Source: an uncultured Gemmatimonadales bacterium (GTDB lineage: Bacteria; Gemmatimonadota; Gemmatimonadetes; Longimicrobiales; RSA9). From it: a stretch of 64,000 bases of DNA. The stretch's first letter is position 1; each line of letters opens with the position of its first letter. Shown here in pieces: positions 12,183-21,264 of this stretch. The notes under the pieces were generated by a model. The model was given only the letters and a program-made list of their open reading frames with translations. It made no database searches and had not been told where the DNA came from. The DNA is taken from positions 448,001-512,000 of the forward strand of contig CAWCUS010000001.1 of assembly GCA_963798845.1 (NCBI GenBank), in the 5' to 3' direction. Both the position numbers and the translations under genes were made by a program.

Positions 12183-12222
12183 CGCGGCCCTGCCGGTCCG
12201 TTCCGGGTCCGGCAGGGCCGCG
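12183..12222. terminator. hairpin between convergent genes
   Basis: CGCGGCCCTGCCGG ... CCGGCAGGGCCGCG 14-bp inverted repeat; no U-tract. Confidence 0.6.
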
Positions 12223-12226
12223 TGCG

Positions 12227-13096
12227 CTAGTGGATGACGTCGCCGATCCGACCCGGGCGGATGTTGCGCAGGAAGGCGAAGGGGCGGCGGTGCTGGGGAT
12301 CGTACGAATAGTAGACCACCGTGGCCTTGCCCCGCAGGCGCCACCCGGCGAGGAACCCCCAGTAGCGGGAGTCGACGCTGTCGTCCCTGTTGTCGCCCAT
12401 CATGAAGTAGTGGGCCGGCGGCACGACCAGCGGGCCCCAGTTGTCTCGCGTCGGGTGGCAACCCGGTTGGAGGCTCTCGTCCTCCGGCACCCGGTAGGCG
12501 CCGGAGATGTCGGGGCTCAGGTGCACCGGCTCGCCGCACTGCCACCGCATCCACGGGTGGGCCACGTCGCCCTCGTCGTCGGTGTGCTCCACGTACGGCT
12601 CGTCCTGCCGCACCCCGTTGATGTAGAGCACCTTTTCCTTCATGAGCAGCGTGTCCCCCGGAACGCCAATGATCCGCTTCACGACGTCCAGGCCGGGATC
12701 GTGTGGCGGCCGGAACACGGCTACATCGTGCCGCTTCGGGTGGCTGTAGCCCGGGAAATGGTCCTGCGTGAACGGGATCAGCGGGCCGTATCCCAGCTTG
12801 TTGAGTATCAGGAAGTCGCCCACCAGGAGCGTGTGCTCCATCGACGACGACGTGATCACGAACGTCTGGACCAGGAACGTGCGCAGCACCAGGAACAGGA
12901 GAAGCGCCGCGATCGCCGACTTCGTCCAGTCCATGGCGACCTGACTGCGCGTGCGCGGGCGTCCCAGCCCCCCCGGTCGCACAGGCGGGCCATCCGCAGC
13001 CGCCGCCGTCGCCACCTCGTCCCGATCGCTCATCTCCGCCTCCGCCCCTCCGGCACCGCCGGCGGCGCTCCGTGAACCCTTACGCTTCTTCGCCAC
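12227..13096 (-). CDS. lepB: signal peptidase I
   Basis: SSSMEHTL (Ser), VVKRIIG (Lys), MGDNRDDSVDSRYWG. Confidence 0.95.
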   Translation of the reverse strand: MAKKRKGSRSAAGGAGGAEAEMSDRDEVATAAAADGPPVRPGGLGRPRTRSQVAMDWTKSAIAALLLFLVLRTFLVQTFVITSSSMEHTLLVGDFLILNKLGYGPLIPFTQDHFPGYSHPKRHDVAVFRPPHDPGLDVVKRIIGVPGDTLLMKEKVLYINGVRQDEPYVEHTDDEGDVAHPWMRWQCGEPVHLSPDISGAYRVPEDESLQPGCHPTRDNWGPLVVPPAHYFMMGDNRDDSVDSRYWGFLAGWRLRGKATVVYYSYDPQHRRPFAFLRNIRPGRIGDVIH

Positions 13097-13177
13097 GCTC
13101 CGTCCCCGATCCTGTGTACTCAGCCGCTCACTACGCGGTTCGCGTCCCCCGGGTTCCGGCGGCCGCCGCTGCTCCGC

Positions 13178-13771
13178 TCACCTGCCGGCACGCGCCAGCG
13201 CTTTCCGGATGAGCGCCTTCGCATCCTCTTCGGGACCGTCGTCCTCGATGCTCCGGCGGACGGCCGCGCCCGCATCCATCGCCGAATAGCCGAGCGCCAC
13301 CAGCGCACCGACCGCCTCCTGCGCCGCCGCGCCTTTCACCGACGGACCGGCCGCGCCCAGCGCCAGGTCGTCCAGCTTGTCACCGAGCTCGAGCGCGATG
13401 CGCTCCGCGGTCTTCTTGCCGACCCCCGGGACGCGAACCAGCGTCGCCAGCTCACGGTTCGTGATGGCGCGCACCAGCGCTGCCGGAGTGAGCGTGGACA
13501 TGAGCGAGAGCGCCAGCCGCGGACCGACGCCGGACGCCCCCAGGAGGCGGCCGAAGAGGACCCGCTCCGCATCACCCAGAAAGCCGAACAGCAGCAGGTC
13601 GTCCTCGCGCACCACCTGGTACGTCAGCAGCTGCACCTCCTCGCCCACCCGCGCCAGCTTCTCGAACACCGACAGCGGGATCTCGATCTCGTACGCCACG
13701 CCGCCCGCCGTCATGACCTCCACCTGCGCCGGATCGCGGCGCAGGAGCGTGCCCCGGATTCTGCTGATCAT
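13178..13771 (-). CDS. ruvA: Holliday junction DNA-binding protein RuvA
   Basis: MISRIRG, VREDDLLLFGF, SGVGPRLA, VPGVGKKTAERI. Confidence 0.97.
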   Translation of the reverse strand: MISRIRGTLLRRDPAQVEVMTAGGVAYEIEIPLSVFEKLARVGEEVQLLTYQVVREDDLLLFGFLGDAERVLFGRLLGASGVGPRLALSLMSTLTPAALVRAITNRELATLVRVPGVGKKTAERIALELGDKLDDLALGAAGPSVKGAAAQEAVGALVALGYSAMDAGAAVRRSIEDDGPEEDAKALIRKALARAGR

Positions 13772-14274
13772 CGACCGACCACCGCCCGCCCGAGCGCGGA
13801 CAGACGCCCGGTGTGCAGGTGACAGAGCGCCACGGCCACGGCATCCGCCGCGTCGGAGGGAGACGGCGGCTCCTTCAGCCGCAGCAGCTTCTTGACCATG
13901 AACTGCACCTGCTCCTTGGTGGCGCGTCCCGTGCCGGCAATCGCGTTCTTGATCTCCGCCGGCGAGTAGTCGGCCACGGGCAGGTCCAGGAGTCCGGCAG
14001 TCAGCAGTATGGCCCCGCGCGTCTGGCCGAGGAGGACCGTGGTCCGAACGTTCTTCCCGTAGAAGATGCTCTCCACCGCCACCACATCCGGGCTGTGACG
14101 CGCCAGTACGTCCCCGAGCCCCTCGTGGATCTGGCGGAGCCGCTCCGGCAGCTCCGCCTGCGACCGAGTCCGGATCACGCCGCATTCCAACAGCGACACG
14201 GCGCCGCCGTCCCCGCGGACGACGACGCCGTATCCCGTTGCGGCCGTTCCCGGGTCGATCCCGAGAACCTTCAA
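13768..14274 (-). CDS. ruvC: crossover junction endodeoxyribonuclease RuvC
   Basis: LGIDPG, VAVESIF, GRATKEQV, DAADAVAVA; TTG start overlaps yebC stop. Confidence 0.97.
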   Translation of the reverse strand: MKVLGIDPGTAATGYGVVVRGDGGAVSLLECGVIRTRSQAELPERLRQIHEGLGDVLARHSPDVVAVESIFYGKNVRTTVLLGQTRGAILLTAGLLDLPVADYSPAEIKNAIAGTGRATKEQVQFMVKKLLRLKEPPSPSDAADAVAVALCHLHTGRLSALGRAVVGR

Positions 14275-15020
14275 GCGTCCACCTCGCTCAGCACCTTCTC
14301 ATCAATGTCCGCGTTGGTGTGGACCTTCTGGATGTCGTCCACGTCGTCCAGCGCATCGAGGAGCCTCAGCAGCTTCTCGGCGTCGTGACCCTCCACGCGG
14401 ACGGTCGCCTTCGGGATCATGGCCAGCTCGGCCTCGTCGAACTCGATACCCTGCGCCTTCAGCCCATCCTGCACCGCGTGGAAGCTCGCCACGTCCGTGA
14501 GCACCTCGAACGCCTCGTCCTCCCGCGTCATGTCGTCCGCCCCCGCCTCCAGCGCCGCCATCATCGTGGAGTCCTCGTCGTAGCGGGTTGCGTCCACGTA
14601 GATCCGGCCCCGCCGCTCGAACTGCCACGCCACCGAGCCGCTCTGGCCCAGGTTGCCGCCGTGCCGCTCCAGGACGTGGCGAAGCTCGGCGACAGTGCGG
14701 TTCAGGTTGTCCGTAAGCGCTTCCATGTACAGAGCCACACCGCCCGGTCCGTACCCCTCGTAGGCGATTTCCTCGTAGTTCACCCCCTCCAGCTCGCCCG
14801 TGCCCCGTCCGATGGCACGGTCGATGTTGTCCTGCGGCATGTTCGCCGCCTTCGCCGTGTCCACCGCCAGCCGCAGCCGCGGGTTCATCTCCGGATCGCC
14901 GCCCGCCTCCCTCGCCGCCACCGTGATCTCACGGATCAGCTTGGTGAAATGCTTGCCCCGGCGGGCGTCGTTGACCGCTTTCTTGCGCTTGATCTGCGCC
15001 CACTTCGAATGTCCAGCCAT
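14271..15020 (-). CDS. yebC: YebC/PmpR (TACO1) family protein
   Basis: MAGHSKWAQIKRKK, YEGYGPGG, DDVDDIQKVHTN. Confidence 0.97.
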   Translation of the reverse strand: MAGHSKWAQIKRKKAVNDARRGKHFTKLIREITVAAREAGGDPEMNPRLRLAVDTAKAANMPQDNIDRAIGRGTGELEGVNYEEIAYEGYGPGGVALYMEALTDNLNRTVAELRHVLERHGGNLGQSGSVAWQFERRGRIYVDATRYDEDSTMMAALEAGADDMTREDEAFEVLTDVASFHAVQDGLKAQGIEFDEAELAMIPKATVRVEGHDAEKLLRLLDALDDVDDIQKVHTNADIDEKVLSEVDA

Positions 15021-15244
15021 GGATCCTCAGCTCTCCGCGTTCAGCACTCGCTCACGACGCGGGCCCCGCGCGGGACCCGCCCGACGCCGGCGCGGGGCCT
15101 ACCGCCCCGCTGTGACGCAGTCCACGGAGGCGGGGTCCAGAGGATGGTTCCGGCCGCGCGATCACGCGCGGACTTCATGCTGTGCTCGAGGCGTTTCATT
15201 GGGAGTAACCCGGGGAACGGGGCGGACATCGGCTCCAGCCGCGG

Positions 15245-15272
15245 AATATACCGGCGGTTCTGGGTGAATCAA
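15245..15272 (-). promoter_or_regulatory. sigma70-type promoter for yebC-ruvC-ruvA
   Basis: Minus strand TTGATT-N16-TATATT. Confidence 0.5.
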
Positions 15273-15280
15273 AGGCCGCG

Positions 15281-15537
15281 ACGCGGCTCGTGGCGCAGTT
15301 CGACGGCGCGGCTCGGAACGCGGCTCGTGGCGCAGTTCGACGGCGCGGCTCGGAACGCGGCTCGTGGCGCAGTTCGACGGCGCGGCTCGGGACGCGGCTC
15401 GTGGCGCAGTTCGACGGCACGGCTCGGAACGCGGCTCGTGGCGCAGTTCGACGGCACGGCTCGGAACGCGGCTCGTGGCGCAGTTCGACGGCACGGCTCG
15501 GAACGCGGCTCGTGGCGCAGTTCGACGGCACGGCTCG
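15281..15537. repeat. tandem repeat, 37 bp x 7
   Basis: Unit ACGCGGCTCGTGGCGCAGTTCGACGGC(G/A)CGGCTCGGA at 15281, 15318, 15355, 15392, 15429, 15466, 15503; no spacers. Confidence 0.95.
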
Positions 15538-15667
15538 CTGCGCTCGCCGACGCCGCCCGCGCTGCGGGATTCGAACCGTGGGCTCGCTTCAGCTCCCCCA
15601 CGGCCGGCAAAGCCGGATTCGAGCCGCCGCCCCCTGTCACCTCTCGCGGCCGCCCGTCCTCGAATCC

Positions 15668-15988
15668 GAATCCCCCGAAGGGGTGGCCGCGAGCGCAGCG
15701 AGCCGGCCATCGAATCCCCCGAAGGGGGTGGCCGCGAGCGCAGCGAGCCGGCCATGAATCCCCCGAAGGGGGTGGCCGCGAGCGCAGCGAGCCGGCCATC
15801 GAATCCCCCGAAGGGGGTGGCCGCGAGCGCAGCGAGCCGGCCATCGAATCCCCCGAAGGGGGTGGCCGCGAGCGCAGCGAGCCGGCCATCGACTCCCCCG
15901 AAGGGGGTGGCCGCGAGCGCAGCGAGCCGGCCATCGACTCCCCCGAAGGGGGTGGCCGCGAGCGCAGCGAGCGGGCCATCGACTCCCC
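15668..15988. repeat. tandem repeat, 45 bp x 7, palindromic REP-like unit
   Basis: Unit GA(A/C)TCCCCCGAAGGGGGTGGCCGCGAGCGCAGCGAGCCGGCCATC at 15668, 15712, 15756, 15801, 15846, 15891, 15936. Confidence 0.95.
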
Positions 15989-16009
15989 GCGTAACGCGCA
16001 CAGCGAGCT

Positions 16010-16038
16010 TTGACACGCACCGCCTGTGGCGGTAGATT
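16010..16038 (+). promoter_or_regulatory. sigma70 promoter of rpsU
   Basis: TTGACA-N17-TAGATT. Confidence 0.75.
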
Positions 16039-16074
16039 GGTGTGCTTTTGTAAACACGAGCGAAGGGAGTACCA

Positions 16075-16272
16075 ATGGTCGAGGTTGTACTCGGCGAAAA
16101 CGACCGCCTGGACTGGGCGCTCAAGAAGTTCCGGCGCAAGATGTTACGGTCCGGCCGGTTCAAGGACATGAAGAAGAAGCGGTACTACGAGAAGCCCAGC
16201 GAGGCGAAGAAGCGGAAGGCTGCCGCGTCTCGTCGCCGCAACGCGCGGGCTCGCCGTCGCCGGTCCCGTTGA
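16075..16272 (+). CDS. rpsU: 30S ribosomal protein S21
   Basis: ALKKFRRK...KKRYYEKPSEAKKRK; GGGAG RBS. Confidence 0.95.
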   Translation: MVEVVLGENDRLDWALKKFRRKMLRSGRFKDMKKKRYYEKPSEAKKRKAAASRRRNARARRRRSR

Positions 16273-17561
16273 CGGCCACCCATCCCGACGACCGTACCCC
16301 TGACACAGCTGCCGAGGCGCCGAGGTCGTTCGAGGACCTGACGTCTTCGCCGGCGCTCCTGAGCGCCGTCCGCCATCTCGGGTGGACGGTTCCGACACCG
16401 ATTCAGCTCAAGGCGATCCCCGCAGCGCGGGCGGGTCGTGACGTCGTCGGCATCGCGCAGACGGGTACGGGTAAGACCGGCGCGTTCCTGATTCCGACCA
16501 TGGAGCGCCAGGAGGACCGCGAGGGGCTGCACACGCTGGTGCTATGCCCGACGCGGGAGCTGGCGCAGCAGGTGGCGGCGGATGCCCGGGACCTGTGCGC
16601 CGACACGGAGTTGTTCGTGGGGGAGATCTACGGCGGCGTGCCCTACGAGCCGCAGATCCGCGACCTGCGCGCAGGCTTCGATATCCTGGTAGCCACGCCC
16701 GGGCGGCTCATCGACCACATGGAGAAGGGGAACGTGGACCTGTCCCATGTGGAGGTACTGATCCTGGACGAGGCGGACCGGATGCTCGACATGGGCTTCC
16801 GTCCGCAGATCGACAGGGTGCTTGCGCGAGTGCCGCGGGACCGGCAGACGCTGCTGTTCAGCGCGACCATGCCGCACGGCGTGCACGCGCTCGCGCTGCG
16901 GATCCAGGATGACCCGGTCTGGCTGGAGGCCACGCCGGACCTCACGGCCGCCGAGACCGTCTCGCAGGTCGTGTACTCGGTGAGACCCGACCGGAAAGTC
17001 GACCTGCTGCTCTATCTCATGGGCGACCCGGATTGGGACCAGGTGCTGGTCTTCACGCGCACGAAGCGTGGGGCGGACCTCCTGTACCACAGGCTCCGCT
17101 CTGCCGGGATCGCGGTGGACGTGATCCACGGCGATCGGAACATGAAGCAGCGTGGCGGCGCCATGGAGGCGTTCGCCGATGGGCACGCCCAGGTGCTGGT
17201 CGCCACGGACGTGGCGCAGCGCGGGCTGGACATCGAGGGGATCAGCCACGTGGTCAACTACGACGTTCCGAAGGACCCGGAGGACTACGTCCACCGGATC
17301 GGGCGCACCGGACGAGCGGGCGCGAGTGGCCAGGCAGTGACGTTCATGACGGCCGCCGAGCTGGGACAGGTGCGAAGCATCGAGCGGGTCCTCGGCTACG
17401 CCGTTGCCCGCGTGTCGCTCGAAGGCTTCGACTACACCGGCGCGCCGGCCGAAGCCAGCAGCGTCGCCAGTCGCTGGAATCGCAGCGGCCGGCGACTCGG
17501 CTCCCGCAGCACCGCGGACCTCTCGCCGGAAGAGCTCCAGCGGCTGCTCGACGTGGGCTGA
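16269..17561 (+). CDS. DEAD-box RNA helicase (RhlE-like)
   Basis: PTPIQ, AQTGTGKT, PTRELA, DEAD, SAT, HRIGRTGR; start uncertain (TTG overlapping rpsU stop). Confidence 0.93.
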   Translation: MTATHPDDRTPDTAAEAPRSFEDLTSSPALLSAVRHLGWTVPTPIQLKAIPAARAGRDVVGIAQTGTGKTGAFLIPTMERQEDREGLHTLVLCPTRELAQQVAADARDLCADTELFVGEIYGGVPYEPQIRDLRAGFDILVATPGRLIDHMEKGNVDLSHVEVLILDEADRMLDMGFRPQIDRVLARVPRDRQTLLFSATMPHGVHALALRIQDDPVWLEATPDLTAAETVSQVVYSVRPDRKVDLLLYLMGDPDWDQVLVFTRTKRGADLLYHRLRSAGIAVDVIHGDRNMKQRGGAMEAFADGHAQVLVATDVAQRGLDIEGISHVVNYDVPKDPEDYVHRIGRTGRAGASGQAVTFMTAAELGQVRSIERVLGYAVARVSLEGFDYTGAPAEASSVASRWNRSGRRLGSRSTADLSPEELQRLLDVG

Positions 17562-17563
17562 CC

Positions 17564-19333
17564 GTGGCCCGCCTGGTCGTGACGCGCCGCCGGCGCGTCT
17601 CGCCTCTCCCCCTCCCCCTCCCCCTCCCCCTCCTCCTCCTGCTCGGCGCCGCCGCGTGCGGCACGGACGTGAGCGGGCCGCCCGCGACGCTCGTCTCGTG
17701 CGTGTTCGCCGACCCGACGCGGCTGGAGCCCGGGGGCGTGCTCCAGGTGCGCGGAGAGGGACACCGGGACGTCTGCCTCACGCCCGGCGACGAGGGGGCC
17801 GGGCTCTTCCTCTACGTCCCCTTCTACGCGTCGCCGGCGCCGAGCGGGGACACTCCCGCGCCCCGGCTTCAGCTGGACATCCGGACTGCGGGCACCACGG
17901 CAGTAACCGGGTCCGCCCTTCCTGCGCCCGCCCGCGAGCCCGTGCTGCTGGGCGCCGAGCGCGTTCCCGGCTGGCGGCCGATCGATCAGGGCTTCGACAC
18001 CCGCCTTCGGCTCCGGGAGATCCGGGAGCTGCAACCGCTGATCCACACCGCCGGGACGGCGCCCGCCGCCCCCGGCGGGTCCGCCACCGGCCCCGTCGCG
18101 GCGACACCGTCGCTGGCGGACCCGCCGCACACGGGCGACCTGGTGGACTACAACGTCGCCATCAGCTGCACGAACGAGAACGTTCGCACGGGACGGGTCG
18201 GTTACATCTCCCAGCACGCGATCGTGGTGGCGGACACCGGCAACCCGGTGGCGCTGAGCCAGGCGGACCTCGCGTCGATTGCCGCGACGTTCGACACGCT
18301 GGTCTACCCGGTGGACACGGAGAACTTCGGCGAGTCGACGGACATCGATGGCAACGGCCGCGCCATCATCTTCTTCACGAGGGCGGTGAACCAGCTGAAC
18401 GCGCACCAGTCGGGGTCGGTGACGGTTGGCTTCTTCTGGTCGGGTGACCTCTTCCCGGCGGAATCGACCACGCGCCTGGAGGCGTGTTCGGGCGGGAACC
18501 GTGCGGAGATGTTCTACATGATCGCGCCGGACCCGGACGGCGCCTACGGCCCGTCCATCAGCACGGACGAGGTGCTGCGGCGCTCGGTGGGGATCATCGC
18601 GCACGAGTACCAGCACCTGATCAACGCCGGACGCCGGCTGTACGTGAACGAGGCGACGGTGTTCGAGGAGCCCTGGCTGAACGAAGGGCTCAGCCACACC
18701 GCCGAGGAGCTCGTGTTCTACCACGTCACCGGACTTCACGCGGGCATGAACCTGACCGCCGACGCCCTGCGCTCGACCACCGGCGGCGTGGAGGCGTTCA
18801 ACCGCTTCGTCGCTCCGGACTTCGACCTGCTGCGGTCGTACCTGGAGGATCCGGACACCACGTCGCTCATGGGGGTGCCCGGGCTGTCCACCCGCGGTGC
18901 GGTCTGGGCCTTCCTCCGTTACGCCGCCGACCGGAGCGGCCGCACCGACGCGGTCTTCTTCCGCGACCTCGTGAACTCGACCACATCCGGCCTCGACAAC
19001 GTCTCGGCGGCGCTCGGCGCATCGGCGCTGGCGTGGATGCAGGACTGGACCGTGGCCGTGTTCGCCGACGACGCGGTGCCCGGTGTGGACGCGCGCTTCA
19101 CCCAGCCGAGCTGGGACTACCGCGACGTCTTCACCAACTCCACCGTGGGCGAATACCCGTTGAGCACGCGCACCCTCTCGCCGGAAGGCGACCACACCTT
19201 CTCGCTCCTCCCGGGAGGCGCCGCGTTCCCGCTCTTCCAGGTGAGCGGCGGGGAACGCGCGACGCTTCACGCCCAGTCCGGCGACAGGGCACCGCCGGAC
19301 GCGCTGCGGGGCTCCTTCCTGCGCGTGCACTGA
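17564..19333 (+). CDS. zinc metallopeptidase lipoprotein (M30/hyicolysin-like)
   Basis: Lipobox AAAC; DIDGNG, IAHEYQHLI, WLNEGLS. Confidence 0.8.
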   Translation: MARLVVTRRRRVSPLPLPLPLPLLLLLGAAACGTDVSGPPATLVSCVFADPTRLEPGGVLQVRGEGHRDVCLTPGDEGAGLFLYVPFYASPAPSGDTPAPRLQLDIRTAGTTAVTGSALPAPAREPVLLGAERVPGWRPIDQGFDTRLRLREIRELQPLIHTAGTAPAAPGGSATGPVAATPSLADPPHTGDLVDYNVAISCTNENVRTGRVGYISQHAIVVADTGNPVALSQADLASIAATFDTLVYPVDTENFGESTDIDGNGRAIIFFTRAVNQLNAHQSGSVTVGFFWSGDLFPAESTTRLEACSGGNRAEMFYMIAPDPDGAYGPSISTDEVLRRSVGIIAHEYQHLINAGRRLYVNEATVFEEPWLNEGLSHTAEELVFYHVTGLHAGMNLTADALRSTTGGVEAFNRFVAPDFDLLRSYLEDPDTTSLMGVPGLSTRGAVWAFLRYAADRSGRTDAVFFRDLVNSTTSGLDNVSAALGASALAWMQDWTVAVFADDAVPGVDARFTQPSWDYRDVFTNSTVGEYPLSTRTLSPEGDHTFSLLPGGAAFPLFQVSGGERATLHAQSGDRAPPDALRGSFLRVH

Positions 19334-19998
19334 TGAGCGCGCGAACGGCGTTCCGCCCGATGCTGGTCGCCGCGACGTTCACGGCGGGTGCCCTGGTGCC
19401 GGGCCACACCGCCGCGCAGGTGTGTGGCCCGACCGGGCTGGCCGTCGGCGGATCGGTGGCGGCCGTGCGTTACGACATGGCCGGCGGCGTGAGCGGAACG
19501 GAGGTGGACGCGCGGCTGCGGGGCAGCGCGGGGAGCCTCGGGATCGAGGTCGCCTACGGTCGTCTGCTGCTCCAGCAGGGGGTGGCCGATCCGAACGTGG
19601 CGAGGGTCACGGTGCGGGCGCCGCTCGCGTCGCTGCTGGGGCTCCATTTCTGCTTCGCAGGACACGGCGCCACCAGCTGGTTCAGCGCGAACGGCGACGA
19701 TGGACGCGTGCTCGCGGGCGGGGTGGGTCTGGTCGCTCGCCTCCCGCTCCCGCTCGGCGGGGTCCGGTTGACGCCGTTCGTCGAAGGGCGCGCCCTGGCC
19801 GCGCACAGCTCGGGCAGCATCCTGGGGTTGGACGCGAGCGCCACAGGGGAGTCGCTGGGGGGCGAGGCGGGTGCGGACCTCGTGCTCGGTCACTTGCTCG
19901 TGCGCGGCGGCGCGGCGTTCGACGGGCTCGCCGGCGGACTGGGCGCCACGCCGTACCCGACGCACGCCTTCCGTATCGAGGCGGTCTACCGCTTCTGA
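19333..19998 (+). CDS. putative outer-membrane beta-barrel protein
   Basis: Signal peptide, alternating amphipathic strands, C-terminal VYRF; coupled to the upstream gene. Confidence 0.6.
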   Translation: MSARTAFRPMLVAATFTAGALVPGHTAAQVCGPTGLAVGGSVAAVRYDMAGGVSGTEVDARLRGSAGSLGIEVAYGRLLLQQGVADPNVARVTVRAPLASLLGLHFCFAGHGATSWFSANGDDGRVLAGGVGLVARLPLPLGGVRLTPFVEGRALAAHSSGSILGLDASATGESLGGEAGADLVLGHLLVRGGAAFDGLAGGLGATPYPTHAFRIEAVYRF

Positions 19999-21053
19999 TC
20001 CTTTCCGGCCGCGCGGAGGACCCACAGCGCGCCGCTCCCCTCCCGCTCAAGCTGCTGGTAGGTGCACTGGCGCGGGTCCTTGTCGGGCCGCCAGCGCACG
20101 AGGGAGGTGCCGTGGCGGAACCGGCCGTCGGTGAAATGGTCGTAGGTGACCTCGACGACGAGCACCTGGCGCAGCGGCTCCCACTCCGACGACCGTTCGG
20201 TCGCCCAGCGACTGGGCCCCCCCGGCCGCGAGCCGGTGAATCCGGGCTCCTCGACGAGCGGTTCGACCACCTCCCGAAGCCGCTGGCGGTCGCGGTCTGA
20301 GAAGCTCGAGCAGAACCCCACGTGGTCGAGGCGCCCGGCGTCGTCGTAGAGTCCGAGGAGCAGCGAGCCGATGCCCTTTCCAGAGCGCGAGTAGCGGAAT
20401 CCGCCCACGACGCAGTCCGCGGTGCGCCGCCGCTTGACCTTCAGCATGGCGTCCCGCGATCCCGCGAGGTAGGGACGGCCGGGGTCCTTCGCCATCACCC
20501 CGTCCACGCCGGTGAGCCCGCGCAGCCACTCCGCGGCCAGATCGGCGTCGGACGTGGCGCGGGAGAGGTGTACGGCGGGCGCGTCGTCGAGGTACCGGGC
20601 GGCGAACGCTTCCAGCGCGTCACGACGATCCCGGAGCGGTTGCTCGAGGAATGAGCGGGTCGAGCCGCGGGCGAGCAGATCGAACACCACCAGCCATGCC
20701 GGCGTCTCGGCCGCCAGCCGACGAACGCGGGTCTCGGCCGGGTGGATGCGCTGGAGCAGGAGGTCGAAGGCGACGTCGTCGCCCCGGGGGACGAGGAGCT
20801 CGCAGTCGAGCACGAACTGGCGAGCGCCCACGCCGAGCACGGCCTCCACCACCTCGGGGAAGTAGCGAGTCAACGGCTTGCACGCTTTCGACTGCAGCTC
20901 GACGGTCCCGTGGTTGCGGAACACGAGGCAGCGGAACCCATCCCACTTCGGCTCGTAGAGCCACTGCCCCTCCCGGGGGATGGCGTCGGTGCTGCGGGCT
21001 TCCATGGGCGCGAGCGGCGGCTCCACCGGAAGACCCAGCGGGGCGAAGGTCAC
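19986..21053 (-). CDS. ligC: ATP-dependent DNA ligase (LigC type)
   Basis: YEPKWDGFR, GVMAK, KVKRRRTADCVV, RWRPDKDPRQC. Confidence 0.9.
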   Translation of the reverse strand: MTFAPLGLPVEPPLAPMEARSTDAIPREGQWLYEPKWDGFRCLVFRNHGTVELQSKACKPLTRYFPEVVEAVLGVGARQFVLDCELLVPRGDDVAFDLLLQRIHPAETRVRRLAAETPAWLVVFDLLARGSTRSFLEQPLRDRRDALEAFAARYLDDAPAVHLSRATSDADLAAEWLRGLTGVDGVMAKDPGRPYLAGSRDAMLKVKRRRTADCVVGGFRYSRSGKGIGSLLLGLYDDAGRLDHVGFCSSFSDRDRQRLREVVEPLVEEPGFTGSRPGGPSRWATERSSEWEPLRQVLVVEVTYDHFTDGRFRHGTSLVRWRPDKDPRQCTYQQLEREGSGALWVLRAAGKDQKR

Positions 21054-21095
21054 GGGGCTGCTCCTGGTGCGGTTCTGAGGCTGTGAGCGTCGTGC

Positions 21096-21110
21096 GCAAG
21101 GAGCCCGCCA
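21096..21110 (-). promoter_or_regulatory. sigma54-type promoter for ligC
   Basis: Minus strand TGGCGG-GCTCC-TTGC (GG-N10-GC), 43 nt upstream of the start. Confidence 0.45.
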
Positions 21111-21264
21111 CCGCTTCGCCAGTGCCGCTGCGGAGCGCGTGGGAATGCGCCTGCGGCGCGCCCGCGACCGAGCCGGGCGACGGCGTGCGGTGGCGCCGGA
21201 ACGGACCCGCCCGCATATTCGGCCCCGATTCCTTCCGACCGCATCCACCACCGGAGGTTGGACA

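Noticed and set aside
15550..15640. tRNA gene on the minus strand (GGTTCGAATCCC)
   Set aside because: The T-stem pairs for only 2 bp, and there is no acceptor stem, anticodon arm or CCA.
15281..15988. CRISPR array (37-bp repeat length is CRISPR-like)
   Set aside because: Units are head-to-tail with no unique spacers, and there are no cas genes in the window.
15162..16169. ORFs spanning the tandem arrays on both strands
   Set aside because: Open frames are a by-product of stop-poor GC-rich repeats; they overlap promoters and rpsU.
21218..21233. TTCGG-N6-TTCCT upstream of ligC as a fifth operator
   Set aside because: It has two mismatches in the second half-site and a GC-rich spacer.
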